Counted from the stretch's first letter, positions 8,513 to 18,951 are shown. The stretch is 64,000 nucleotides of DNA from a virus (IMGVR_UViG_3300032272_000009:8683-72682), one strand, 5' to 3'. Notes: generated by a model from the sequence alone, not told the origin. Numbers and translations are program-made.

Positions 8513-8812
8513 ATGCTGATGCTTGAAGAAATTTTAGAAAAAATGAATTTACCAAAATTGGAAGATATGAATCCGACTGATGCAGCATTAATAGCAGGGT
8601 ATTTGAAAACTGGTAATCCTGTACTTGCAGTCGGTCTTATTATGAGATTGATTAAACAGAATGAGAGTTTGTTGCGTAGCCTTAACCTGCAAATAACAGT
8701 AAATGATGATTCTTTTAGAACACATAAAGATACACTGGAAAGAGTCGAAGCACTTGAGAACAAGATGAAAAATATGTATGTGAGTGAGGATGATGTTAAA
8801 AATCCACATTGA
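8513..8812 (+). CDS. Hypothetical protein
   Basis: Start chosen at MLMLEE behind AAGGG; avoids the long overlap of the 148-aa ORF call. Confidence 0.55.
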   Translation: MLMLEEILEKMNLPKLEDMNPTDAALIAGYLKTGNPVLAVGLIMRLIKQNESLLRSLNLQITVNDDSFRTHKDTLERVEALENKMKNMYVSEDDVKNPH

Positions 8813-8836
8813 CGTATAACCAAAAAACAATAAAAT
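8809..8836 (+). promoter_or_regulatory. sigma70-type promoter, 16-bp spacer
   Basis: TTGACG-N16-TAAAAT immediately before the helicase. Confidence 0.45.
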
Positions 8837-8842
8837 GTTTAT

Positions 8843-10201
8843 ATGTGGTATAGTACCAAACCAAACCAAACAGGAGATACAGAAGTGGAAGAACAAGCGG
8901 AACAAGTTGGGCAAATAGCCACTGAAGCATTATTACCAGCATCAGCCAAACAGCTAGAATCTATTGATTTTCTAGTTGAAGCTATTCTTGATAAAAAACC
9001 AGTTGTTGGTTTTATAGCTCCTGGCGGATGTGGAAAGACATTTTCACTAAAACACTTGGCCAGAGATAGCCGCCTTCGCGAAGTTGATATAACTTTCACC
9101 GCTACAACAAACAAAGCAGCAGCAGTAATGAAGAAAGAAGGTGTGAAAGGTGCCAAGACTTTGCACGCAGCTATATCAGCTCACATCTCAACAGATATGT
9201 ATACACACATGAAAGAGTTGTTTGCTGCATATAAGAAAAACCCAGATGCCAACATAGAAATTGATAATGACGTGATTGATTTCTTGGAAGAGGTTAATGT
9301 CAAACAAGAGGACTTTTTTAGTTACAAAGATGAGAAAGACCTTATTGCTGAAAATGGTGTTAGCGCATTTGATGACAGGATATTCTCACACTACACCGTA
9401 GAAAGTTATAAAGGTGGTGTATGCTCTATTGATGAATCGTCAATGTTGCCAACGAAATCACAGTATCAGAAAGACACTGGGCCAGATGGCCGTCTTAAGC
9501 TAAAAACAATAGGTTTGGATTTAGTTAAAAAGATATTTGATACAGTTATCTTAGTTGGCGATGATTCTCAGTTGCCACCAATAAATGGTGAATCGTCTTT
9601 TCAGGATATTGAGAAAACTACACTAACTGAGAATTTCCGCTCTGATAAGGGTTTGCTAAGGCTCCTTTCATATGCAAGAGAAGGTGGAAACCTTGCCAAT
9701 TTTGAACCACAAGAGGGTGAGAATGTTCAAATAGTTGCGTCTGTTGGAGATACATATTTTGATAGAGAACAACTCATTGCGAACAAGGTTACACATATTG
9801 TTTACAGAAACAAGACTCGGTTTGCAATAACAAAACAGATCAGGACCGGTTTGAGTTCTGAACCAGAAGTAGATGAGCCTATCGTTTACAAAGGTGCTAA
9901 TATTGATGAACCTGATCGCTCAATCTCAAAAAATGAGACTGGGTTTTTCAATGGCATGATGGGCGAATGGGAAAATCACAGTCAGTCTGTAAGTGGTAGA
10001 AACTTTGATGAGTATGGAACAGGATTCACATACCTTCAATATGCATATGCAATTACCGCACATACTTCTCAAGGATCATCATTTGATTACGTTGTGGTTC
10101 ATCTTGATGATATACCACATTTTATTGATGCAGAGACTAAGAGGAAGTGGATTTACACCGCTGTATCAAGAGCTCGTAAAGGGATAGTTGTTGTTTATTG
10201 A
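8843..10201 (+). CDS. SF1B (Dda/RecD-like) DNA helicase
   Basis: APGGCGKT, IDESSM, LVGDDSQLPP, YAITAHTSQGSSFDYV, IYTAVSRAR. Confidence 0.9.
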   Translation: MWYSTKPNQTGDTEVEEQAEQVGQIATEALLPASAKQLESIDFLVEAILDKKPVVGFIAPGGCGKTFSLKHLARDSRLREVDITFTATTNKAAAVMKKEGVKGAKTLHAAISAHISTDMYTHMKELFAAYKKNPDANIEIDNDVIDFLEEVNVKQEDFFSYKDEKDLIAENGVSAFDDRIFSHYTVESYKGGVCSIDESSMLPTKSQYQKDTGPDGRLKLKTIGLDLVKKIFDTVILVGDDSQLPPINGESSFQDIEKTTLTENFRSDKGLLRLLSYAREGGNLANFEPQEGENVQIVASVGDTYFDREQLIANKVTHIVYRNKTRFAITKQIRTGLSSEPEVDEPIVYKGANIDEPDRSISKNETGFFNGMMGEWENHSQSVSGRNFDEYGTGFTYLQYAYAITAHTSQGSSFDYVVVHLDDIPHFIDAETKRKWIYTAVSRARKGIVVVY

Positions 10202-10244
10202 TTGTGGGTATCATTAATATTTTGCTATTACAAGGGTTAGTTAA

Positions 10245-10640
10245 ATGAATGATGTATATATATCACCTGTGTTTAAACTTGCTAAAGATATAGTTGAATC
10301 TGGATGGCTTTATGGCAATTGTTTAAATTCTATTAGTAAAGATTTTGAACCGTCTGAAAGAAATAGCATAGGTATATACAGAGAAATAAAAGACACAATT
10401 GAACCGTGGTTTTTTGGTCTATTAAAGAAAAAAGTACACCATCAAAATCCAAAAATTGGTATGATCTGGATAAACAATCAATCAAGAGGGGCTTATGAAA
10501 CGACAAAGTGGGTGTTAGAAATATTTGGTAATGAACACATTGAAAAGTTAAAAGAATTCATAGAAAATACTTGTCCAGTTAAAGTTGAAATTGTGCTGGC
10601 ATCACATAATGAGTCTATTTATACACAAACAGATTATTAA
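10245..10640 (+). CDS. Hypothetical protein
   Basis: 131-aa ORF. Confidence 0.6.
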   Translation: MNDVYISPVFKLAKDIVESGWLYGNCLNSISKDFEPSERNSIGIYREIKDTIEPWFFGLLKKKVHHQNPKIGMIWINNQSRGAYETTKWVLEIFGNEHIEKLKEFIENTCPVKVEIVLASHNESIYTQTDY

Positions 10641-10647
10641 ATAAGGG

Positions 10648-10845
10648 TTGAATAGCGTGCAAAATGTATTTACCACAAATGTAATGGTATTAAGAGAATA
10701 TAGCAAATTTTTAAATGTTGCTATTGGTGACAAAGAAATAATCGTAAACAAAAACAAGGTTGTGGGTGGGTATTATGGTGAGGGTTTTAATATCGTCATT
10801 ATGATGCCTGTACAATGTGCGAAGATTTTAGGGATAAAACATTAG
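10648..10845 (+). CDS. Hypothetical protein
   Basis: 65-aa ORF, TTG start behind AAGGG. Confidence 0.45.
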   Translation: MNSVQNVFTTNVMVLREYSKFLNVAIGDKEIIVNKNKVVGGYYGEGFNIVIMMPVQCAKILGIKH

Positions 10846-10916
10846 AGGCAATTTATGCTTCATATAGTATTATTTTTATTAGCTTTATTGATAGTTATAT
10901 TAATGGATAGAAAGGA

Positions 10917-11159
10917 TTGAAAATGGGCGAACCTAGTGAAGTGAATGAATTGAGCGAATTTGATAAAGATGATTTGGTGTTGCAAGAACTGAAATCACAA
11001 AATATTGAAGGGTTGACAGGTAGGGGAAGAGTTGCTGTCCGTGAACTTGCAGATCAAAACCAAGGCGCTGTTATTTTTCTAATACTTAGCATGAATTCAA
11101 GAATCCGTGAGCTTGAATCTCAATTAAGTGGTCTTGCAAACTTGGCTGTACAACATTGA
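10917..11159 (+). CDS. Hypothetical protein
   Basis: 80-aa ORF overlapping the ligase start. Confidence 0.55.
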   Translation: MKMGEPSEVNELSEFDKDDLVLQELKSQNIEGLTGRGRVAVRELADQNQGAVIFLILSMNSRIRELESQLSGLANLAVQH

Positions 11160-12223
11160 AAACTTTATATGCAGTTGACAACAAAGGTCAGACTAGAACT
11201 TGGTCTGTTGAAGAACTTGATGATGGCATACTTATTACTCACGGTGTAATGGGTGGCGCTCAGCAAGAGAAACATGAACCAATATTGGAAGGATTAGCAT
11301 CTCGTTCTCTTGAAGAACAAATTCATAGCAGAGCAGAGTCTCGCATAAACAAAAAGATTGATTCTGGGTATTGTGTTTCTTTGGTAGAGGCAATGGAAAA
11401 ACCAAGAACCAATGCTTTAGGTTTCGAAAAACCTATGCTTGCTGCAAAGTTCGCTGATTGTAAAAAGATTGATTACGATAATCTTTTTATTCAGCACAAA
11501 TACGATGGCAACAGAATGTTGGTCAGGAATGAAGGTGGTACAAATGTTGCTTACACTAGAAATGGTAAAGTGATAGATACTATTCCTGAAATCATCGAAC
11601 ATATGATTATACCTTTGGGCGTAACAATTGATGGTGAGATTTATTGTCATGGTGAAAGCCTGCAAACAATTGTTTCATGGGTGAAGCGCAGACAAGAAAA
11701 CTCTCTGAAATTGCGTTATCATGCTTATGATGTAATGGTTGATTTTAGGTATGAAACAAGATTCTCAATGCTAACACAAATGGATTTAGGAGACTTTGCT
11801 GAGGTTGTCCCTACATATAAGTATTCGCAGGGGCAAGGAAAAACAATAAAACAACTGCTTAATGAAAGTATTGAGCTAGGTTATGAAGGTTTGATTCTGC
11901 GCCAGGATGATTGTGGGTATGAAACTGGAAAACGCAGTAAGTCTTTAATCAAAGTCAAACACTTTTTGGACAATGAGTTTAAAATTACCGGTATGCATCT
12001 GTCAAAAGATGGACTGCCTATGATTGACTATATCACTGACGAAGGTGTGGTCGGTAAAGCTACAGCTCCGGGCACTATGCTTCAAAAGAGTGAACTTTAT
12101 GATGACCGTAAAAATATGGTTGGCAAATGGGTTCATTTAGAGTATAGTCAGTTGACCAAGGATAGGGTGCCGTTTCATCCAACTGCAACGGCAATTTTGA
12201 ACAGCAAAGACGAACTTAAATAG
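11156..12223 (+). CDS. ATP-dependent DNA ligase with N-terminal WGR-like domain
   Basis: QHKYDGNR (motif I), EIY, YDV, EGLILR (motif IV), LIKVK (motif V), OB fold ending RVPFHP. Confidence 0.92.
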   Translation: MKTLYAVDNKGQTRTWSVEELDDGILITHGVMGGAQQEKHEPILEGLASRSLEEQIHSRAESRINKKIDSGYCVSLVEAMEKPRTNALGFEKPMLAAKFADCKKIDYDNLFIQHKYDGNRMLVRNEGGTNVAYTRNGKVIDTIPEIIEHMIIPLGVTIDGEIYCHGESLQTIVSWVKRRQENSLKLRYHAYDVMVDFRYETRFSMLTQMDLGDFAEVVPTYKYSQGQGKTIKQLLNESIELGYEGLILRQDDCGYETGKRSKSLIKVKHFLDNEFKITGMHLSKDGLPMIDYITDEGVVGKATAPGTMLQKSELYDDRKNMVGKWVHLEYSQLTKDRVPFHPTATAILNSKDELK

Positions 12224-12235
12224 AGGTTAGAAATT

Positions 12236-12628
12236 ATGGCTAAGAAATTAGTAGCTCAAGATGTTCTCGATTATGAGAAAGCGGTCCAAGATTTAAAGGC
12301 TGCAAAAAAGACTGAAATCACATTGAGAAACAAAATCATTGGTGCTTTCAAATATGATGCGACAGAAGGTGTACAACACAAGACCATTGAAGGGCTTGAT
12401 ATTGACATTGCAATCACTTTGGGGCTTACCCGCAAGATTGATGTGGATGCACTTGATACTCTATGGGCTGATCTGTCAGCGGAACAGAAAACAGCTATTC
12501 TGAGAAAACCTAGTCTCGATGTTAAGGTTTTCAAAGGCTTGGTTGAAGAAGGCGATGCTGGCTACCTAACCAAGATTGTTGTTGAAACACCGTCTCAAGC
12601 TACAGTAAAACTCAAGTTTGAAGAATAG
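12236..12628 (+). CDS. Conserved phage protein of the recombination/replication module
   Basis: 130 aa; helical N-terminus, C-terminal KP(S)LD...ETPSQATVK pattern. Confidence 0.7.
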   Translation: MAKKLVAQDVLDYEKAVQDLKAAKKTEITLRNKIIGAFKYDATEGVQHKTIEGLDIDIAITLGLTRKIDVDALDTLWADLSAEQKTAILRKPSLDVKVFKGLVEEGDAGYLTKIVVETPSQATVKLKFEE

Positions 12629-12664
12629 CGGTTGAATGTAAGATGATCTGAGAGGTTAAAATAA

Positions 12665-12949
12665 ATGGCTTATGTAGCTATAGACAAGGCATTAAATGTG
12701 CATCTTGGCCTACCAGAAGAGTACCCACTTGATAAAAAAGAGGCTTTCAGCCTGTATCAATTGTTTATGCATTTGTTCAATACACCGCTACCAATCAGTA
12801 GGGTGACATTGTTGTACTATGCAGATGAGCGACCATTTTTTCATGATAACCCTAAAACGAAACAGGATAAGGTTGTCAAGGATATATTGCTCAATTTGAA
12901 CAAAGAAGATCAATTCTGGGTTTTATCGTATATCGGTGGAATAGTATAA
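12665..12949 (+). CDS. Hypothetical protein
   Basis: 94-aa ORF with GAGG SD. Confidence 0.6.
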   Translation: MAYVAIDKALNVHLGLPEEYPLDKKEAFSLYQLFMHLFNTPLPISRVTLLYYADERPFFHDNPKTKQDKVVKDILLNLNKEDQFWVLSYIGGIV

Positions 12950-12959
12950 CAATGACCGG

Positions 12960-12988
12960 TTGACAACGGATACCATAACTGGTATAAT
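12960..12988 (+). promoter_or_regulatory. Consensus sigma70 promoter
   Basis: TTGACA-N17-TATAAT, perfect match. Confidence 0.85.
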
Positions 12989-13012
12989 CAGAAATTAGGA
13001 GAAAATAAGACA

Positions 13013-13807
13013 ATGGCAATTAAATTAACAACAACGGGTCAAAGCTCAAGATTTGTAAAAGCATTATGTTATGGCGATGCTGGTGTTGGTAAGACAGTTT
13101 TGTGTTCTACTGCACCAAATCCAATAATCATATCAGCAGAAAGTGGTTTGCTTTCACTGTCACATCTGAACATTCCTGTTATTGAGGTTAGCACACTTGC
13201 TGACGTTCAGGAAGCATATCAATTTATCACTGAGTCAGATGATGCGAAACAGTTTCAAACTGTATGTCTTGATTCTATTACTGAAATCGCAGAAGTAATG
13301 CTAAGTCAGTACAAGAAAGAAGATAAAGACCCTCGCAAATCTTATGGTGCATTGGCAGATCACATGTCACAGCTTGTACGTACTTTTAGAGACTTACCAG
13401 AAAAACATGTTTATTTTTCCGCCAAGATGGCCAGGATTGAAGACGAGTACTCAGGTGTTTCTACATTCCGTCCAGCTATGCCGGGTAAGACTCTGGTTAA
13501 TGGTCTTCCATTTTTCTTTGATGAGGTTATGGCATTGCGTATTGGTACTGAAGAAGATGGAACAATGTTTCGCTATCTTCAGACTGAGCCTAGTGTTCAG
13601 TATACAGCAAAAGATCGCTCAGGTAAACTTGATAAAATTGAACGCCCAGACTTAACACACATGTTTGATAAGGTGCTTGGTGCAGAAAAACCTCGTTTAT
13701 CTGAAAATGTCATGCAGAACAAGAAGGCTGGTGCCGCCACTGATAAACAAGAAGCTGAACAAGATGAGGCAAAAGCTGCTGAATCTGGTGACGTGACTGA
13801 TGGTTGA
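13013..13807 (+). CDS. AAA_24 / Sak4-like ATPase (single-strand annealing recombinase)
   Basis: YGDAGVGKT, IISAESGLLSL, VCLDSITE, FFFDEV, AKDRSG. Confidence 0.85.
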   Translation: MAIKLTTTGQSSRFVKALCYGDAGVGKTVLCSTAPNPIIISAESGLLSLSHLNIPVIEVSTLADVQEAYQFITESDDAKQFQTVCLDSITEIAEVMLSQYKKEDKDPRKSYGALADHMSQLVRTFRDLPEKHVYFSAKMARIEDEYSGVSTFRPAMPGKTLVNGLPFFFDEVMALRIGTEEDGTMFRYLQTEPSVQYTAKDRSGKLDKIERPDLTHMFDKVLGAEKPRLSENVMQNKKAGAATDKQEAEQDEAKAAESGDVTDG

Positions 13808-13964
13808 AATAAATGAAGGCGACATTCTTGAGTTGATAGATACTATCGGTTGGCTTTCTGATGAGTGTGATCGCATACAGAAATACCTTCCAACCGGTCA
13901 GGATTCTGAAGCAAGCAGGGCAATTGCTGTCGGCAAAGAGTTGGTAGAAAAATATTCAAAATAG
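13800..13964 (+). CDS. Hypothetical protein (54 aa)
   Basis: Read manually: MVEINEGDILELIDTIGWLSDECDRIQ...; overlaps the upstream stop. Confidence 0.5.
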   Translation: MVEINEGDILELIDTIGWLSDECDRIQKYLPTGQDSEASRAIAVGKELVEKYSK

Positions 13965-14038
13965 TATATGGGAGCTATTCAAAATCCCTAAATTAATGAA
14001 TAGTAGCGTAGCTACATAAAATGAAAAGGAAGTAAAAA

Positions 14039-14545
14039 ATGGCTAAGTTAAATTTTAATGGTGCTGGTCAGGAAGCAATGGATGATTTTTCTGTTGTTCC
14101 TGCTGATACGTACAATGTTCAGATTGTAAAATCAGAAGTTGTTGAAACCAAGGCAAAAACTGGCACTTTGCTGAAAACGCAATTCAAAGTGATTGATGGA
14201 AAATTCAAAGGTCGTATCATCTTTGGTCAGTATAATCTGACCAATCCAAATGTGCAGGCAGTTGAAATTTCTCGCAAGCAAATGAAGACACTTTGTGACG
14301 CAATTGGCAAACCCGATGGCGTACAAGATTCTAATGAAATGCACAATATCCCACTGCAAATCAAAGTATCTGTAAAGCCTGCTGATGGCCAATATGCTGA
14401 ACAGAACGAAATTAAGTTCTACAGCAAGTATGAAGGGCCAAAAGTTGAAGGTTCTGGTTCTGGCGGATCTTCTACTGATTCTGCTGCCGCAGCAAATACT
14501 GCTGCTAGTGCTGAACCAAAAACAGCTCCTTGGGCTAAAGATTAA
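14039..14545 (+). CDS. ssDNA-binding protein (DUF669 family)
   Basis: FSVVPADTY.V.I..SE, GRIIF...NL.N, NEIK, C-terminal APW. Confidence 0.85.
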   Translation: MAKLNFNGAGQEAMDDFSVVPADTYNVQIVKSEVVETKAKTGTLLKTQFKVIDGKFKGRIIFGQYNLTNPNVQAVEISRKQMKTLCDAIGKPDGVQDSNEMHNIPLQIKVSVKPADGQYAEQNEIKFYSKYEGPKVEGSGSGGSSTDSAAAANTAASAEPKTAPWAKD

Positions 14546-14567
14546 TTTGTAATTAATCTGTAACAAA

Positions 14568-14592
14568 ATACCCCTTTCGAGGGGTATCTTTT
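14568..14592 (+). terminator. Intrinsic terminator
   Basis: ATACCCCT-TTCG-AGGGGTAT followed by CTTTT. Confidence 0.75.
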
Positions 14593-14604
14593 GAAAGGGA
14601 TAAC

Positions 14605-15462
14605 ATGGCTAATTTAGAAGCGTATTTCAAAGAAAACAAATCAACAATATCTGATTTAATTGATGAAGCTGGAAAGGTAAAATCACTCCCACGTCCATAT
14701 TTAGGCATGTCACAATTAGGTGAAGAATGCTGGCGCAAATTGTGGTATTATTTTAGATGGTGTACATACTCAGAATACGATGGTAGAGTACAAAGAATTT
14801 TTGATACTGGTCATAGAGCTGAAGCTGATATGATCAGAGATTTAGAAAGTATCGGTGTGAAGACTTGGGATACACTTGACGCTCAAGCAGGTTTTGTAGC
14901 TGTTGGCGGACACTGCCAAGGTCATGGCGATGGAATGGGAATCGGTATACCTGATGCCCCAAAAACAGAACATTTGTTGGAGTTCAAAACTAGTTCCGAT
15001 AAGTATTTTAAAGAAGTGCAAAAGAAAGGCGTAATGGTAAGTAAACCTCTGCATTATGCACAGATGGTTTTGTACATGAAATTCACAAAAGCAACTCGTG
15101 GTTTGTACATGGTGTACAACAAAAACACTTCTGCATATTATACTGAAAGAGTTCGTGAAGACAAAACTTATGCTAAAGACTTGCTTAGAAAAGCTGAGTC
15201 TATTATCACATCAGAAACAGTCGAAGCTTTTCAAAAGATTGGTAATGGTACTGAATCATTTTTTATGTGTAGATTCTGTGACTCTTCTGACGTTTGTCAT
15301 AATGGTGCAAAACCTGTAAAAACTTGCAGAACTTGCACAAGTGCAAACCTACTTGATGATGGTGTCTGGGGTTGCGGTTTACAAAAAGACAAACCATTAA
15401 GCACCGAAGAACAGGCTGAAGCTTGCCCGAACTATAATTTGCTAGAGTGTTTTAATGGATAG
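14605..15462 (+). CDS. Cas4-like PD-(D/E)xK exonuclease
   Basis: YLGMSQLGEECWRKLWY, GH.DG, LLEFKT, HYAQ..Y, C-terminal CRFC...C and CRTC. Confidence 0.85.
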   Translation: MANLEAYFKENKSTISDLIDEAGKVKSLPRPYLGMSQLGEECWRKLWYYFRWCTYSEYDGRVQRIFDTGHRAEADMIRDLESIGVKTWDTLDAQAGFVAVGGHCQGHGDGMGIGIPDAPKTEHLLEFKTSSDKYFKEVQKKGVMVSKPLHYAQMVLYMKFTKATRGLYMVYNKNTSAYYTERVREDKTYAKDLLRKAESIITSETVEAFQKIGNGTESFFMCRFCDSSDVCHNGAKPVKTCRTCTSANLLDDGVWGCGLQKDKPLSTEEQAEACPNYNLLECFNG

Positions 15463-17101
15463 TTTCAGTCTTGTTGAAGACAATTCTATTGAAGGCGAAT
15501 TTATACCAGCTGGTTTTGAAGAACGCTGGTATCAAGAAGAAGCAACAGTCGCCACATTAGAAGCAATAAAAGACAAAAACCGCCACCCTATTGTAGCTGT
15601 TCCTACTGGTGGCGGTAAAACACACATCATAGGCAAGTTGATAAACAGGTACTTGCATCAAAACCCAACCCGTGACGTCATTGTTCTTAGTCACGTTAAA
15701 GAAATTCTTGTTCAAGATTATGCAGCGATAAAAAAATATACTAACGCTCCAATAGGTATATATTCTGCTATGCTTAATTCTAAAACTGTAGCAAGAATAA
15801 CTGTCGCTGGTATACAATCAGTATACAAAAGGGCTTCTGAATTTGGTGATGTTGGATTGATCATAGTTGATGAATGTCACTTGGTAACAGACGACAATCA
15901 GGGGATGTACAGAACTTTCCTTGCTGAGTTTAATGCAAACATAGTTGGTTTAACTGCTACACCATTCAGGCCTCGTGGATATTTACATCTCGTAAAAGAT
16001 GCATTGTTTACTGATATATGTTACGATCTAACTTCTTCTGCTAATTTCAGAAGACTTATTGCCGAAGGTTATCTGTCTAAACTGTATTCAAAAGCTACGT
16101 ACATGAAAATGGATGTTGATGACATACCTAATCAAGCTGGTGACTTCAACAATAAGATAATGGCAAAGAAGTTCAACACTGAAGAAGTTACAGAAATAGC
16201 GCTAGAAGAAACAATCAAAATAGGTACTAACTACAAAAAGTGGTTGATTTTTGCTATATCTATTGAACACGCTGAGTCCATCAGAGACTATTTGAATGAC
16301 GCTGGGTATAACACTGGCATAGTTCATTCAAAAATGGAAAGGGATGGTGAAGACAGGGACGAAATGCTTGCTAGGTTTAAGACTCCATTTTATCGAGCTA
16401 TGGTTAATGTCAATGTTCTCACAACCGGTCTTGACATACCAGAAATAGACTTGATAGTTATGTTAAGGCCAACTCAAAGCCCTGTGATATATGCTCAATC
16501 TGTAGGTAGAGGTCTGAGAGTGGTTAAAGGCAAGGATCATTGCTTAGTGTTAGACTTTGCTGGGAATGTTGCTAGGCATGGCCCTGTAGATGACATACAG
16601 ATAAGACAGAAGGGCGAGAAAAAGTCAGGTGATCCGGTAACTAAACAATGTCCTTCGTGTATGGCTATATGTCATCCTATAATGCAAATCTGTGAAGCTT
16701 GCGGTCATAAATTTGAATTCAAGGTTAAAATAGCTGACAAACCAACTGAACTTGATATATTAAAAACAACAAAGAAAAGCTGGTTAAACGTCAGTCTTAT
16801 GACGATAAACAAACACAAGAAACCAAAAAGTCCCGACTCAATAAGGATTGATTATGTTTGCGGTCTCAGAAAATTTAGTCAATGGGCTGCAATACAATCT
16901 AACTCTAGGCAAGCTGTACATTTCGCAAAGTATATACTAAACAAATTCTGCGACTTTCCAGAAGATTTTGAATATACAGTAGATAACATTCTTGAATATA
17001 GAGACAAGTTCAAGAAACCAAAAAGAATATACGTAGATCAAACTGAGAATTACCCACAAATAGAAGAAATTGATTTTGGAGATAATAATGAAGAAGCCTG
17101 A
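15455..17101 (+). CDS. SF2 (RadD/UvsW-like) helicase with zinc finger
   Basis: VPTGGGKT, IVDECH, LTATP, VLTTGLD.P, QSVGRGLR, CPSC...CEACG. Confidence 0.92.
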   Translation: MDSFSLVEDNSIEGEFIPAGFEERWYQEEATVATLEAIKDKNRHPIVAVPTGGGKTHIIGKLINRYLHQNPTRDVIVLSHVKEILVQDYAAIKKYTNAPIGIYSAMLNSKTVARITVAGIQSVYKRASEFGDVGLIIVDECHLVTDDNQGMYRTFLAEFNANIVGLTATPFRPRGYLHLVKDALFTDICYDLTSSANFRRLIAEGYLSKLYSKATYMKMDVDDIPNQAGDFNNKIMAKKFNTEEVTEIALEETIKIGTNYKKWLIFAISIEHAESIRDYLNDAGYNTGIVHSKMERDGEDRDEMLARFKTPFYRAMVNVNVLTTGLDIPEIDLIVMLRPTQSPVIYAQSVGRGLRVVKGKDHCLVLDFAGNVARHGPVDDIQIRQKGEKKSGDPVTKQCPSCMAICHPIMQICEACGHKFEFKVKIADKPTELDILKTTKKSWLNVSLMTINKHKKPKSPDSIRIDYVCGLRKFSQWAAIQSNSRQAVHFAKYILNKFCDFPEDFEYTVDNILEYRDKFKKPKRIYVDQTENYPQIEEIDFGDNNEEA

Positions 17102-17618
17102 AATAATAGTAAACGCTTATGAAATGAAAACAATACAAGATTTGTTTAAGATCGGTATGTCGCGTGAAGTTCCTATGCTTTTAAGTAAAGATCATGGCAC
17201 TCACATAAATGTAGGCGCTGGAACTTATAAAACTTTACACGGTGCTGAACCTATCGATTACCCTGAGTGGGACGCTAGAAAAGATCGATTACCATATGAA
17301 GACGAATCAGTTGACGTCATCCATTGTTATCACTTTCTTGAGCATATGGCCGACCCTGTATTAATACTTCAAGATTTTGAAAGAGTTTTGAAAGTTGGTG
17401 GCTACACAAACATTGTCGCACCTTACTACAATTCACATTTGCAGGCGAAATGTTTAGACCACAAATCAATGTTCAATGAGTCAACGTGGGATAATCTGTT
17501 CAACCAGTATTCATATGACAATTTTTCTGGTGAATGGAAGTTAAAAGTTCACACAACTTTTATTATGGGCGTAGAAGAAAAGAACATGGCGTTACTAACC
17601 CAATTGGTGAAGGTATAA
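17088..17618 (+). CDS. Class I SAM-dependent methyltransferase (Methyltransf_11-like)
   Basis: INVGAG, RLPYEDESVDVI.C.HFLEH, ERVLKVGG. Confidence 0.85.
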   Translation: MKKPEIIVNAYEMKTIQDLFKIGMSREVPMLLSKDHGTHINVGAGTYKTLHGAEPIDYPEWDARKDRLPYEDESVDVIHCYHFLEHMADPVLILQDFERVLKVGGYTNIVAPYYNSHLQAKCLDHKSMFNESTWDNLFNQYSYDNFSGEWKLKVHTTFIMGVEEKNMALLTQLVKV

Positions 17619-18517
17619 TGAAAATTTTTGGAGCGGGTCTATCAGGTTTGATTGCAGGCGTTGCAAACCCTAGAGCAAAGATTTATGAAAAAGGTGATTA
17701 TGGAACACAAGGTCATCAAGCACTATTGAGGTTTAGAACTAATGCCGTAAGTGATATGACTGGCATTAAGTTTAAGAAAGTAAAAGTAATCAAGGCTATT
17801 TGGAGTAATGGTGCAGAACGACAACCTTCGCCTAGATTGGTAGCTCTGTACTCACATAAGAACACTGGTCATTTCGAAAACAGATCAATTATGGATATCA
17901 AAACTGTTGAGCGGTTTATTGCTCCAGATAATTTTCATCAGTTATTGGTTGATGAGTGCGAAGATAGAATAACTTATGAACATGCTGTAGACAAAGATGA
18001 TTTTAAGTCTGATGAGAACATAATAAGCACTTTGCCATTGTCGTTCAATGCAAAAATGTTAGGTTATGATTTTCCTACTGAGAAAAACATGAGTAAAATT
18101 TATGTCACTAGGGTAATTGTAGATAATTGTGATATGTATACAACTGTGTACTATCCTGATGATGACATATCAGTATATCGTGCATCTATTACTGGAAAAA
18201 CATTGATAATCGAATCTAAAGATGAAATTGACAATGAATATTTAGGCATTGTGTTGAAATCTATGGGTTTAGATTCTTCTATCATAGAAATCGAGATGGG
18301 CAACCATATACAGCCTATGGGTAAATTGTCAGACGTTAATGACAGTGAGCGCAGGGTAATGATTTACAAAATGAGTCATGATCATGGTGTATTTAGTCTT
18401 GGTAGATTTGCACTACACAAGAATATTTTGCTTGATGATGTTGCACACGATATTAGAGTAGTAAAAGCCATGATGGCTGATGATTCTTACGGAGTTTCAA
18501 CAAGGGGTAGAACATGA
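17618..18517 (+). CDS. FAD-dependent Rossmann-fold enzyme, UDP-galactopyranose-mutase-like
   Basis: N-terminal IFGAGLSGLIAG...IYEK dinucleotide-binding motif, IISTLPL, C-terminal SLGRFA; TAATG coupling. Confidence 0.7.
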   Translation: MKIFGAGLSGLIAGVANPRAKIYEKGDYGTQGHQALLRFRTNAVSDMTGIKFKKVKVIKAIWSNGAERQPSPRLVALYSHKNTGHFENRSIMDIKTVERFIAPDNFHQLLVDECEDRITYEHAVDKDDFKSDENIISTLPLSFNAKMLGYDFPTEKNMSKIYVTRVIVDNCDMYTTVYYPDDDISVYRASITGKTLIIESKDEIDNEYLGIVLKSMGLDSSIIEIEMGNHIQPMGKLSDVNDSERRVMIYKMSHDHGVFSLGRFALHKNILLDDVAHDIRVVKAMMADDSYGVSTRGRT

Positions 18518-18951
18518 AGTTAGTAGTTGTCGATCTTGAAAACACTATATCAGATTCAAGACATAGAATGTGGTTACTTGGTTATGGTGTGGATGACGCA
18601 TCAAAAAAAGAACACTACGATAAGTTTCAAGAAGAGTTTAAATACGATAAACTGAACATGAATGTAAAAATGTTCATTGACTCGTTGGTAAGAAAAGGGT
18701 ATACTATTGTAATCCTAACAGCCAAGCTTGAGAAATACAGGGTTATGGTTACGAATTGGCTTGTAGAAAATGATGTATTGTTTTCTTCGCTGGTTATGAA
18801 GAAAAAAGAAAACATTAGTGATTTAAAATTTAAAGAAAATTATATAATTGTAAATCAAAAATTAATCACATTTGCACTTGATGACGTAGGCAGTAATTGC
18901 GCTCTATTTGGCAAATATAATATTCCATGTTTAAGGATCGAACAGAAATGA
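18514..18951 (+). CDS. HAD-superfamily phosphatase (PNKP/class B-like)
   Basis: VVDLENT (motif I variant), ILTAK (motif II), K (motif III), FALDD (motif IV). Confidence 0.75.
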   Translation: MKLVVVDLENTISDSRHRMWLLGYGVDDASKKEHYDKFQEEFKYDKLNMNVKMFIDSLVRKGYTIVILTAKLEKYRVMVTNWLVENDVLFSSLVMKKKENISDLKFKENYIIVNQKLITFALDDVGSNCALFGKYNIPCLRIEQK

